Assembly: GCA_963850905.1 (NCBI GenBank)
Contig: CAWKMU010000003.1
Coordinates: 2,208,001 to 2,272,000, forward strand
Source: an uncultured Gemmatimonadales bacterium
Lineage (GTDB): Bacteria > Gemmatimonadota > Gemmatimonadetes > Gemmatimonadales > Gemmatimonadaceae
Direction: 5' to 3'
DNA length: 64,000 bases
Shown piece by piece: positions 20,855 through 29,879 of the stretch. Under the pieces are notes generated by a model. That model saw nothing but the letters and a program-made list of their open reading frames with translations. It was not told the origin of the DNA and did no database searches. Within the stretch, counting starts at the first letter, position 1, and each line of letters begins with the position of its first letter. Both the position numbers and the translations under genes were made by a program.

Positions 20855-23023
20855 CGCGGACGTCGCGGTCACCGGCGTCGCACCAGGCGGATCAGCCGGC
20901 TGTAGGCGGTACGGCTGTGCAGCCGGGTACGTCGCGCCACCACCTGAACAAACCGACATGGCGCGGCATCGCGTACCACGCTCTGGTCTCGCGGAAGCTG
21001 GATGACATCGAGGAGGAGACGAATCGCAATCAGGAACGTCGTGCCGCGTGAGCACCTCGTGCTCTACCAATTCTCGGCCCGAGGCCACGAGGTCGCACAG
21101 GCCATCCTGGGGTCATTGCTCGACCACCCCCACGATGCGGTTGGTGCGTACTATCGCTCGCGACCAGTCCTGTTGTCTCTCGGCCTCTCGATCGAGGACG
21201 CGCTCGCCAGTCCGCTGGGACGGAGCGGTGGCTTCAGCGACGGCAGAGACATCGGCGTCGTCTGCAATTTTCCCAACCCGAGCGGTCCGATCGTACTACC
21301 GATGTCAGGCGATGTCGGGTCGCAGTACACACCGGTCGCCGGTTGGGCCCAAGCTATCGAGTACCATCGCGGAGTGCTCGAGGACGCGAGCTACACAGGA
21401 TCAATCGCCGTCGCGCTCGGTGGCGAGGCGTCGGTGGCTACGAACGGATTCTGGTCGGCGCTCACGATGGCGACGACGCTCCGCCTCCCGATGCTCTTCT
21501 ACATCGAGGACAATGGGCTTGGCATTTCGGTGCGGCGCGAAATGCAAACCCCGGGTGGGAACATCGCCGACAACCTGGCGTCCTTCGGCAATCTGCTCGT
21601 ACGTGACGGCGACGGGACGGACCCCGTTGCATCGTCGCGGCTCCTCGAGGAGGTCGTTCGTCACGTGCGCTCAGGACTCGGTCCTGCCCTGATTCACCTG
21701 ACCGTCCCGCGCCTGGCAAGCCACTCGGGACCGGACAACCAGAAAGGCTACCGGAGCGAGGCCGAGATCGCCGCCGACTGGTTGCGCGACCCGTTGCCGA
21801 AGCTGCGGAGCACCTTGGTACCTGCCGTGCTGAGTGAACGGGACTGGACGGCGCTAGAGCAGGAGGTTGCGCGCGACGTCGAGGCTGCGCTCGCGGCCGC
21901 CCGCGCACGGGGAGTGCCGCAGGCGGAGACGGTGAAGCGGTTCATTTACGCGGAGACGCCTCAGCCCGATGACCCTGCGACCGTCGGCGGACTATCCGAC
22001 CTCGAGCTCGCATCGCTCAATGGGACGACCGTCGCGGATGCAGCGGGGCCAATCGTGCGGTTTCCCGAAGCAATCCGGCGAACGATTGCGCACGAGCTGA
22101 CGCGCAATCCGAAGGTGCTCGTGTTTGGGGAGGACGTCGGCGTCAAGGGTGGCGTGCACCTCGTGACTGAAGGTCTGCAGAAACAGTTCGGTGTATCACG
22201 AGTGTTCGACACGAGCCTGTCCGAGGAAGGCATTGTCGGCCGGGCCGTTGGCATGGCCATTTCTGGGCTCATGCCGGTAACAGAAATCCAATTCCGGAAA
22301 TACGCCGACCCCGCGACCGAGCAGCTGAACAACTGCGGCACCATGCGATGGCGTACCCACAACCAGTTCGCCTCACCCATCGTCGTGCGCATGCCGGGCG
22401 GCTTTGGCAAGGACGTGGGCGATCCCTGGCATTCGCTGAGCAGCGAGGTCACCTGGGCGCACGCGATCGGCTGGCAGGTGCTGGTTCCATCGAATGCTGC
22501 AGATGCGGCGGGGTTGCTGAGGTCGGCAATGAGGAGCAGAAACCCGAGCATCTTCTTCGAGCACCGGTCGCTGCTCATGACGAGCGACGGGAGCGCTCGC
22601 TATCCGGGCGATGAGTACCTCGTTCCCATTGGACGGGCCCGGCGAGTCCGTGCAGGCTCGGATCTCACGCTGGTCACGTGGGGTGCGATGCTGCATCGAT
22701 GCGCCAGCGCGGCGGAGCACTTTGGCGATCGGGTCGACCTCCTCGACCTGCGGACGATCGCGCCGTGGGATCGAGAGGTCGTGCTCGACAGTGTGCGGCG
22801 CACTGGTCGCTGCCTGATCGTGCACGAAGACACGCTGACGGCAGGGTTCGGTGCCGAAATCGCTGCCGTCGTGGCCCAGGAGGCGTTCTGGTGGCTCGAC
22901 ACGCCTGTCGAACGGATCGCTGTCGAAGACGTGCCGATGCCATATCACGAAGTGTTGTTGGGTGCGGTGCTTCCCAGTGCAGAGCGCATCGCAGCCGCCG
23001 TCGAACGCATGCTTTCCGGCTGA
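20851..23023 (+). CDS. Fused alpha/beta E1 component of a 2-oxoacid dehydrogenase (indel near 21030)
   Basis: SRKLDDIEE...YQFSARGHE; TPP region GEAS...EDNG; FGEDVG..GGV, FDTSLSEEGI, EIQF. Confidence 0.88.
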
Positions 23024-23029
23024 CAACCC

Positions 23030-23845
23030 ATGATGACCCGCCCACAGGTGAACCCCGCGAGTCCGACCGTGACGGACGAGGGCTCGGTCCGAGTCGAGAC
23101 CGCCCGCGGAATCGCGACGATCGAATTCGGCCATCCCAAGGGCAACTCGCTGCCGGCCGGGTTGCTCGCGGCAATGACATCGACGCTGGACGCCGTGGCC
23201 GCCGATCCCGCTTCACGAGTCGTCGTACTTCGGAGCCGCGAGCCAGGGCCGTTCTGTGCGGGGGCCTCGTTCGATGAGTTGCGCCGGATCGAAGACCGCG
23301 CTGCCGGTGTCGAGTTCTTCATGGGCTTCGCGCGACTCATTCTGGCGATTCGGCGATGTCCCAAGTTCGTCATCGCCCGGGTGCACGGGAAGGCCGTCGG
23401 AGGCGGCATCGGCATCATTGCGGCTGCGGACTACGCGATTGCGGCGCCTGCGGCGGCCATCCGCCTGAGCGAGTTGGCGGTCGGCATTGGGCCCTTCGTT
23501 GTGGGACCAGCGATTGAGCGGAAGATCGGACACGGCGCCTTCCAGGCGCTGGCGATCGACGCCGCCACCTGGCGCGACGCGGCGTGGGCCGAGCGACATG
23601 CGTTGTTCGCTCAGGTGGTCGGCGACACGGTGTCGCTCGATGCGGCGGTCGAGGTCCTCGCCGGTCGCCTGGCCAACTCGAGCGGGGAGGCGATGGCGCG
23701 TCTCAAGCGCATCTTTTGGGAAGGTACGGAGCACTGGGAGACACTCCTCCACCAACGTGCCGCGTTGAGCGGTGAGCTGGTGCTGTCGGAGGCCAGTCGT
23801 CACGCCATCGCGGCGTTCGCGGCGCGAGATCGAGGGGGGCAATAA
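23030..23845 (+). CDS. Enoyl-CoA hydratase/isomerase family protein
   Basis: FCAGASFDEL, GKAVGGG, LSELAVGIGPFVVGP. Confidence 0.88.
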   Translation: MMTRPQVNPASPTVTDEGSVRVETARGIATIEFGHPKGNSLPAGLLAAMTSTLDAVAADPASRVVVLRSREPGPFCAGASFDELRRIEDRAAGVEFFMGFARLILAIRRCPKFVIARVHGKAVGGGIGIIAAADYAIAAPAAAIRLSELAVGIGPFVVGPAIERKIGHGAFQALAIDAATWRDAAWAERHALFAQVVGDTVSLDAAVEVLAGRLANSSGEAMARLKRIFWEGTEHWETLLHQRAALSGELVLSEASRHAIAAFAARDRGGQ

Positions 23846-23850
23846 GGAGC

Positions 23851-24096
23851 GGGTCTGGGGTTTGGGGTCTAGGGTTTAGGGTTTAGGGGACTACAACCCG
23901 CAACGACAACGCAACTACGGGCGGGCTGAAGCCCGCCCCTACATGTCGGCGTGGAAGGCGAGTGATCGGGATGGCCTCCCGCATTCGCGTGGGCAGGTCG
24001 ACGAATCCGACGAAATCGCCGCCCGCAGCGACATGTAGGGGCGGGCTTCAGCCCGCCCCGTAGTTGTCCGACCCCAAACCCCCAGACCCCAAACCC
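23851..24096. repeat. REPIN-like inverted GTAG-REP pair inside inverted GGGT(C/T)T(A/G) heptamer arrays
   Basis: 5 heptamers at 23851-23885; arms 23912-23948 and 24029-24066 are reverse complements apart from one G and contain GTAGGGGCGGGCTTCAGCCCGCCC; complementary heptamers at 24071-24096; lies between convergent genes. Confidence 0.92.
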
Positions 24097-24101
24097 GCAG
24101 T

Positions 24102-25028
24102 TCAATCCCAAATATTCCGCACCACAAACCAGACATTCGCCGGCCGCTCAGCAAGCCGGCGCATGTACCACGGGAACCAGTGCGTCCCGTAGCTGATCAG
24201 CACGCGCGTGACAGTGCCCGCGTCTGTGAGGCGGCGAAGCTCGGCCGACTTGATTCCGTAGAGCATGTGAATCTCAAATCCGTTCGCGGGTAGGCTGAGA
24301 GCGGCCGCTCGGGCGCGTACGTGCTCTACCAATTTCAGATCGTGGGTGCCAAACGCCGGGGCGGGGCCGCCGGCCGCTCGTTGAGCGAGTAATCGCTCGG
24401 ACAGGGTCGCGTATGCCGTGTCCACGTCAGACTTCTTGGGCAAGGCGACCGACGGCGGCTCACGGTACGCACCTTTGACGAGACGAATCGCCGGTGACAA
24501 CGGCGCAAGCGCGTCGAGATCTGCTGGCGTCCGGTGCAAATAGGCCTGGAGGCACACACCGACCTTGGCGTGGGCGGCACGGACACGGCGAAAGAGCGCG
24601 AGTGTCGCGTCGACGTACTCCGATTCCTCCATATCGATCCAGAGAAACGTTCCAGCCGCGGCCGCTGCGCCAGCGAGCGCATCGACGCTTCGCGCGCATG
24701 CCTCCGGGTCGAGCGTGAGCCCAAGGTGCGTCAGTTTCACCGAGACGTGGGCGGGTAGCGCTCGCGTCCGGATCGCGTCGATGACGCCGCGGTAGTGCTG
24801 CTCCACGGCCGCCGCCTCGCCAGCGCTCGTTACACGCTCGCCCAGATTCGTGAGTACCGTGCCAATGTGGCTTTGCCCGAGCGTCGCGGCGGCACCGAGC
24901 GCGGCATCCAACTCCTCGCCCGGCATGAACCGCTGCACAGCGCGGCGTGTGAAGGCGCGGCGTCGCACCTGGTCAGCGAGCCAGGGGCTGCGGGATGCAC
25001 GAAGCAAGAGCGATCGACTGAGTGACAT
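24102..25028 (-). CDS. Monofunctional proline dehydrogenase
   Basis: RFMPGE, SVKLTHLGL, WIDMEES, LQAYL, RLVKGAY, GTHD, MLYG, WYMRRLAERPAN. Confidence 0.92.
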   Translation of the reverse strand: MSLSRSLLLRASRSPWLADQVRRRAFTRRAVQRFMPGEELDAALGAAATLGQSHIGTVLTNLGERVTSAGEAAAVEQHYRGVIDAIRTRALPAHVSVKLTHLGLTLDPEACARSVDALAGAAAAAGTFLWIDMEESEYVDATLALFRRVRAAHAKVGVCLQAYLHRTPADLDALAPLSPAIRLVKGAYREPPSVALPKKSDVDTAYATLSERLLAQRAAGGPAPAFGTHDLKLVEHVRARAAALSLPANGFEIHMLYGIKSAELRRLTDAGTVTRVLISYGTHWFPWYMRRLAERPANVWFVVRNIWD

Positions 25029-25351
25029 GCGGGCGGTCCTGGCTCGAAACGAGGGTGGAGGCGGCTGAGTGCGCGTCGGCGCTGGGCAGGCGGTCGCTAC
25101 TACATACCACCCGACGGCGCCGGGCGCGACCGTGGGCACGGTCTGAGAAACAAATGATGGGTACCGGTCGTGAGCGCTGCAGTCCCCGGTCGGAACGCGC
25201 ATGCCGCCGGACGAGACCGGTGGGGCCGACTGGCCGCGAGGCGGCCGAGCCGAGGGTGGACCTGGGACTCGCGAGACGTCATGTTATGGTAACGAACGAG
25301 CAACCGCCGCCTGTATGGCCATGGCCGAACGCCCCACCGAAGGAGGATGGC

Positions 25352-25690
25352 ATGCGGTACATCGAGCGTGTCGTGTGGAAGCCGCTGGACCGGTACACCG
25401 AATCCGCCGATACACACACGGAAGGCGCGCGGGCGAAGCCTCACGGTCTCGTTGTCGATTTGGGCGACGGCCGAATGCTCATGGCTGGTGCACCGTTTAA
25501 GGGTTCCTCCGTCACGATCGGCGTTACCGGCGGGTTGCGAATCAGTATCCCCGCCGAGAAGGCGGAAGACGTGGCTGAAGCGATTCTGTACGCCCACCGT
25601 TGCGCGTGCGACCATGAGTATGCTCCACCCGGTCTCGTGATGCCCGCGAGTGAAATGCGGGACGGAGTGAGCGCGACGGCGCGATCGTAG
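25352..25690 (+). CDS. Hypothetical protein (112 aa)
   Basis: AGGAGG at 25341-25346 before ATG; protein-like composition; no family recognised. Confidence 0.6.
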   Translation: MRYIERVVWKPLDRYTESADTHTEGARAKPHGLVVDLGDGRMLMAGAPFKGSSVTIGVTGGLRISIPAEKAEDVAEAILYAHRCACDHEYAPPGLVMPASEMRDGVSATARS

Positions 25691-25724
25691 GGCGACCGGT
25701 AGGCGTATGTACCGGTGCATCATG

Positions 25725-25811
25725 ACCGGCCTTGCACCGGTAGGGGCGACGCATCGCGTCGCCCGTTGTTGTAGCCCGTTGTTCCGGTAGGGGCGACGCA
25801 TGGCGTCGCCC
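25725..25811 (+). repeat. Two direct copies of REP GTAGGGGCGACGCA-NN-GCGTCGCCC
   Basis: Copies at 25740-25764 and 25787-25811; 5' flank ACCGGCCTTGCACCG nearly identical to 52445-52459. Confidence 0.9.
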
Positions 25812-25812
25812 G

Positions 25813-28800
25813 TTATCGGGTGTCAATGGTTGGCAATCCCGATTCCTTCAACTGCGCGTTGGTCACTGTTGCGGCCTTTTTGAGCTGCGCCCAACGATCG
25901 AGCGCACTGCCCAGGGCAGTCTGGAGATCGCGCCAGGCGGTCCACGCCTGAGTCGTCGGCGCCGCGTCGGCGCCCTCGACGACAGTGAAGAGTGTTGCCA
26001 GCTGTCCGTTGAGCAAGGGAAGCGTGGGCCGCCCACCCCGCCGGGGCGGGGGGCCCTCTTCCTCGTCAGCGCTGTCGGGGCCGGTCAACTCTGCCGCTTG
26101 GCGATCCAGTGAATCGAGCGCAGCAGACACCTTGGCGTCGGTCGTCCGAGCGGCCAGCGCGTGGAGTTGGCTGCGTAGCGCTCGGGCGTGCCGGAGTGCG
26201 GTCATGTTATCGGTCGCGCCCCGAGCGATGTCGCTCGCCAGGTCGAATTGCTCCTGTAGTCCTTGATCCGAGGTCGTCACCCGCGGATCTATCTTGAGCC
26301 GTAGCGGCTGGACGACGGTCTGGCCGTCGGCGATCAATCGCACCTGGTAGAGGCCGGGCAACCGGAGGACGCCAAGCGGCTCCAGCGGCGTATCGTGCAC
26401 GATCGCGGAAATCGGGAAGTCTCGGCGGACGACATCAATGGGTGCCGATCGTTGATCCCACAGCCAACGATGCATCCCTGGCGTGTTCGGCAGCGTGCGA
26501 GGTGCTCGGGCCCAGTACATAGGAACCCTGAAGCGCGTCGGGTCAATCGAGTCGGCTGGAGTGTCACTGCTGTATCGCCGGACGAGTCGGCTCTGTTGAT
26601 CGAGGATCTCGATGGTCACCCGGCCGCTCGTCCCCTGCGGCAGCGCGTAGTCGATGATCGCGCCATCTGGGGGATTCTTCCCCGCCGGCTCCTCCGGGGG
26701 CAGTGGCGTGTCGGTCCACGTATCACGCCGCATGCGGTACGAGTCCTGGGGACGGAACAACGTCACCTCGGCTGCCGTACGTGGTGTCACCTGGCGCAGC
26801 GGCGTGACGTCGTCCAGAATCCAGAACGAGCGGCCGTGGGTGCCGACCACGATGTCATCGTGATGGATGACGAGATCCCGAATTGACGTCGCTGGCATGT
26901 TGAGCCGCAGCGATTGCCAGTGGTCGCCATCGTCGAACGAGACGTACACTTGTCGCTCCGTTCCGGCGTACAACAGCCCCTGCCGGACTGGATCCTCTCG
27001 AACCGTGTTGACAGCACCTTCGTTCGCGGGGATTCCGGTCGTGATCTCCGTCCATGTCTTGCCGCGATCGTGCGTCCGATAGATGTGTGGCCGGAGATCG
27101 TCAAGCCGGAAGGCGTTGACCGCCGCATAGACGGTGTTGTCGTCGAAGTGCGACGCGTCGAGTTGAGCGACCTTCATCCACGGTGTGAGGGCTTTGGGCG
27201 TGATGTCGGTCCAGTGCAGACCGCCGTCCCGTGTCATCTGGATGAGTCCGTCGTCGGTGCCAGCCCAGATCGTATTCACATTCCGACGCGACGGCGCGAC
27301 GGCGTAGATCACCCCGCCGTGGTGCGCGAGCGCCGCGGGTTGGGTGCTGTACACACCGACGCTCGACGGGACGGTTGAATCGGTCGTCCGCGTCAGATCC
27401 GGACTGATCACGGTCCAGCTGTGTCCGCCGCTCGTGGTCTTGAACAGCACGTTGCCAGCCAGATACAGGACGTGTGGGTCGACCTCTGAGAACAGGATCG
27501 GCATCGTGCGCACGAATCGATACCGTCCGGTCCGCAATGGATCCGGGCTGACGTTTTGCGTCTGGTGCGTCGTCCAGTCGAATCGCGTCGCCTTGCCGCC
27601 GAAGACGATGTTCGTATCGAGCGGGTCGGGTGCTACGTACCCATACTCCTCGACCCCGACGGGGTGCCAGTCGCGGAATGTGATCGCGCCGTCGTCGCCG
27701 CGGCTCGCGATGCCGACCGATCCCGATTCCTGTTGACCCCCATAAACCCAGTAGGGGAAGCGATTGTCGGTGCTGACATGATAGAGTTGCGCGGTCGGCT
27801 GGTTGTACCACGAGCTCCACGTCCGGCCGCCGTTTACCGTGATGGTCGCGCCCTGATCGACGGCGAGCAGGATGATCTGCGGGTTCTCGGGATTGATCCA
27901 GATCGTATGGTAGTCGTCTCCCCCCGGCGCACCCTTCCATGCGACGAACGTGCTGCCTGCATCGGTCGACTTGTACGCTGACGTATTCGCGACGTAGAGG
28001 ATGTCAGGATTCCTGGGATCGACCTGCACGTTCGCGAAATCCGAGCCGCGCCCTGACACCCGCCCTTCCGCGTTGACTCGTCGCCAGCTTTCGCCTGCAT
28101 CGTCCGATCGATAGAGCCCAGTGTGAAAGCCCGCGTCGACCAGCGCGTACATTCGGCGGGCGTCACTCGGGGCAATGGCGATGCCGATGCGACCCAGTCC
28201 CTCGGCCGTCGATGGAAGGCCTGACGTCAGCTGACGCCAGGTGGTGCCTCCATCGCTCGATTTGAAGAGTCCCGAATTGGGACCTTGAAACGCGCCGTTT
28301 TCCCAGGGTGCCTGCCGGGCGGCCCACAGCGTCGCGTAAATCGTCTGCGCATTCGTCGGGTCGAACGCAAGCGCGATCGCGCCCGTATTCTCGTCCTTGT
28401 AGAGGACCTTGTCCCAGCTCTGCCCGCCGTTGAGCGAACGATAGACGCCCCGCTCGGCATTGGGGCCATAGGGGTGTCCGAGCACCGCCACGAACACGCG
28501 ATTGGGATCATGCGGGTCGACGAGAATCGCTCCGATCTGCTGTGCATCGGACAGCCCCAGGTGCGTCCAGGTTTTGCCCGCATCCGAGGACCGAAACAGA
28601 CCGTCGCCGGTGGAGAGGTCCGGACGCTGCAGCCCTTCGCCGCTACCGACGTAGATGATGTTCGGATCGGACGGCGCGATGGTCACCGCACCGACCGACC
28701 CGGTAGGCTCATCGTCGAAGATCGGCGTCCAGGTCCTGCCGGCGTCATCGGTCTTCCACACGCCGCCGTTGTTGACGCCAATGTAGAACACGTTGGGTGC

Positions 28801-28965
28801 GCTCGGCACGCCGGCTGCACCAACGGTGCGTCCGCCGCGATACGGCCCGATCATGCGCCAATGCATGTCGGCAAAAAGCGACGGACTGTACTGTTGAGCG
28901 GGGATTGACTGCGCGGCGAGCAGCCACAATGCGCTCACCGCGCACGACAGAATCACCTTCGACAT
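25813..28965 (-). CDS. Secreted VPS10/BNR (Asp-box) repeat glycosyl-hydrolase-like protein
   Basis: Signal peptide; WRMIGPYRGGR; many S/T-x-D-x-G-x-T/S-W Asp boxes; GTHGRSFWILDD. Confidence 0.9.
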   Translation of the reverse strand: MSKVILSCAVSALWLLAAQSIPAQQYSPSLFADMHWRMIGPYRGGRTVGAAGVPSAPNVFYIGVNNGGVWKTDDAGRTWTPIFDDEPTGSVGAVTIAPSDPNIIYVGSGEGLQRPDLSTGDGLFRSSDAGKTWTHLGLSDAQQIGAILVDPHDPNRVFVAVLGHPYGPNAERGVYRSLNGGQSWDKVLYKDENTGAIALAFDPTNAQTIYATLWAARQAPWENGAFQGPNSGLFKSSDGGTTWRQLTSGLPSTAEGLGRIGIAIAPSDARRMYALVDAGFHTGLYRSDDAGESWRRVNAEGRVSGRGSDFANVQVDPRNPDILYVANTSAYKSTDAGSTFVAWKGAPGGDDYHTIWINPENPQIILLAVDQGATITVNGGRTWSSWYNQPTAQLYHVSTDNRFPYWVYGGQQESGSVGIASRGDDGAITFRDWHPVGVEEYGYVAPDPLDTNIVFGGKATRFDWTTHQTQNVSPDPLRTGRYRFVRTMPILFSEVDPHVLYLAGNVLFKTTSGGHSWTVISPDLTRTTDSTVPSSVGVYSTQPAALAHHGGVIYAVAPSRRNVNTIWAGTDDGLIQMTRDGGLHWTDITPKALTPWMKVAQLDASHFDDNTVYAAVNAFRLDDLRPHIYRTHDRGKTWTEITTGIPANEGAVNTVREDPVRQGLLYAGTERQVYVSFDDGDHWQSLRLNMPATSIRDLVIHHDDIVVGTHGRSFWILDDVTPLRQVTPRTAAEVTLFRPQDSYRMRRDTWTDTPLPPEEPAGKNPPDGAIIDYALPQGTSGRVTIEILDQQSRLVRRYSSDTPADSIDPTRFRVPMYWARAPRTLPNTPGMHRWLWDQRSAPIDVVRRDFPISAIVHDTPLEPLGVLRLPGLYQVRLIADGQTVVQPLRLKIDPRVTTSDQGLQEQFDLASDIARGATDNMTALRHARALRSQLHALAARTTDAKVSAALDSLDRQAAELTGPDSADEEEGPPPRRGGRPTLPLLNGQLATLFTVVEGADAAPTTQAWTAWRDLQTALGSALDRWAQLKKAATVTNAQLKESGLPTIDTR

Positions 28966-29051
28966 GAGACGCGATCTCCGTGGGGGCAGTCGGCGGAGAA
29001 AATGCGCCGACGGACGGGCCCGCCGCAACAACGGCTATCCAGCGAGGAGCA

Positions 29052-29681
29052 ATGCCTTCAACACGTCAGCAAGCCGCGATATCCCATTGGGGGCCAGTCT
29101 TCCTGGCGCTGTGCGTCGCCGCGCCCACTGGTCTCGGTGCGCAAACCCGGCACGTGGGGACGGTCCAGGTCACACTCGAGACGACGGCGGGTCGCATCAC
29201 CCTCGCGATCGACACCCTGCATGCCCCGGTCAGCGGCAAGAATTTCCTGAAGTATGTCGACGACCATTTCTATGATGGTGGCCGGTTCTTCCGCACCGTG
29301 CGCGCTGACAACCAGGCGACGGACCCGGTGCACATCGCCGTGATTCAGGCGGTTGCCGACTCGGCCCGCTCGCGCGAGCAGTTCCCGCCGATCGCGCTCG
29401 AGCGCACGACCGTCACCGGGTTGCACCACCTGGACGGCACGCTGTCAATGGCGCGAAACGTCCCCAACTCGGCGACCTCGAGCTTTTTCATCTGTGTCGG
29501 CGACCAACCCGCGCTCGACTTCGGCGGCGCCCGCAATGCCGACGGGCAAGGATTTGCCGCTTTCGGACACGTCATCGAGGGAATGGATGTCGTTCGGACG
29601 ATCTGGAGTGCTCGCGCCGACGGCCAACGTCTCACGCCGCCCGTCGCCATCGTCCGCGCCTATCGCGCGCACGGCGCTTGA
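29052..29681 (+). CDS. Cyclophilin-type peptidylprolyl isomerase, exported
   Basis: APVSGKNFLKYVD, FYDGGRFFR, GTLSMAR, ATSSFFI, GFAAFGHVIEGMDVV. Confidence 0.9.
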   Translation: MPSTRQQAAISHWGPVFLALCVAAPTGLGAQTRHVGTVQVTLETTAGRITLAIDTLHAPVSGKNFLKYVDDHFYDGGRFFRTVRADNQATDPVHIAVIQAVADSARSREQFPPIALERTTVTGLHHLDGTLSMARNVPNSATSSFFICVGDQPALDFGGARNADGQGFAAFGHVIEGMDVVRTIWSARADGQRLTPPVAIVRAYRAHGA

Positions 29682-29879
29682 CACGGCTCTAACCAACGAC
29701 CAATTGCGCCTAAGTGCTCCCCCCAAGCTGACTTAAGCGTAAAGGCAAGAAGCGCGCATCGCGCGGGGTCGCTAAGCGGTCCTGCGGCGCGCTGTCATCC
29801 CAACCCCAACGAGGAGGAACCGTTCTGGCGATCAATCCAAGGCGAACGAGCACAAACGAACAACCAATGGGGGTATCGA

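Noticed and set aside
23872..23889. TTTAGGG repeats as plant telomere contamination
   Set aside because: Only two perfect units inside a degenerate array with an inverted partner, embedded between intact bacterial genes.
25725..25811. Mini CRISPR array
   Set aside because: Two 25-bp copies with a 22-bp gap, GTAG-palindrome form, dispersed copies elsewhere and no cas genes. These are REPs.
29735..29800. c-di-GMP-I riboswitch (GGCAA...GCTAAG)
   Set aside because: The GAAA tetraloop stem and GACGCAAAGC-type junction are absent; only a generic hairpin is supported.
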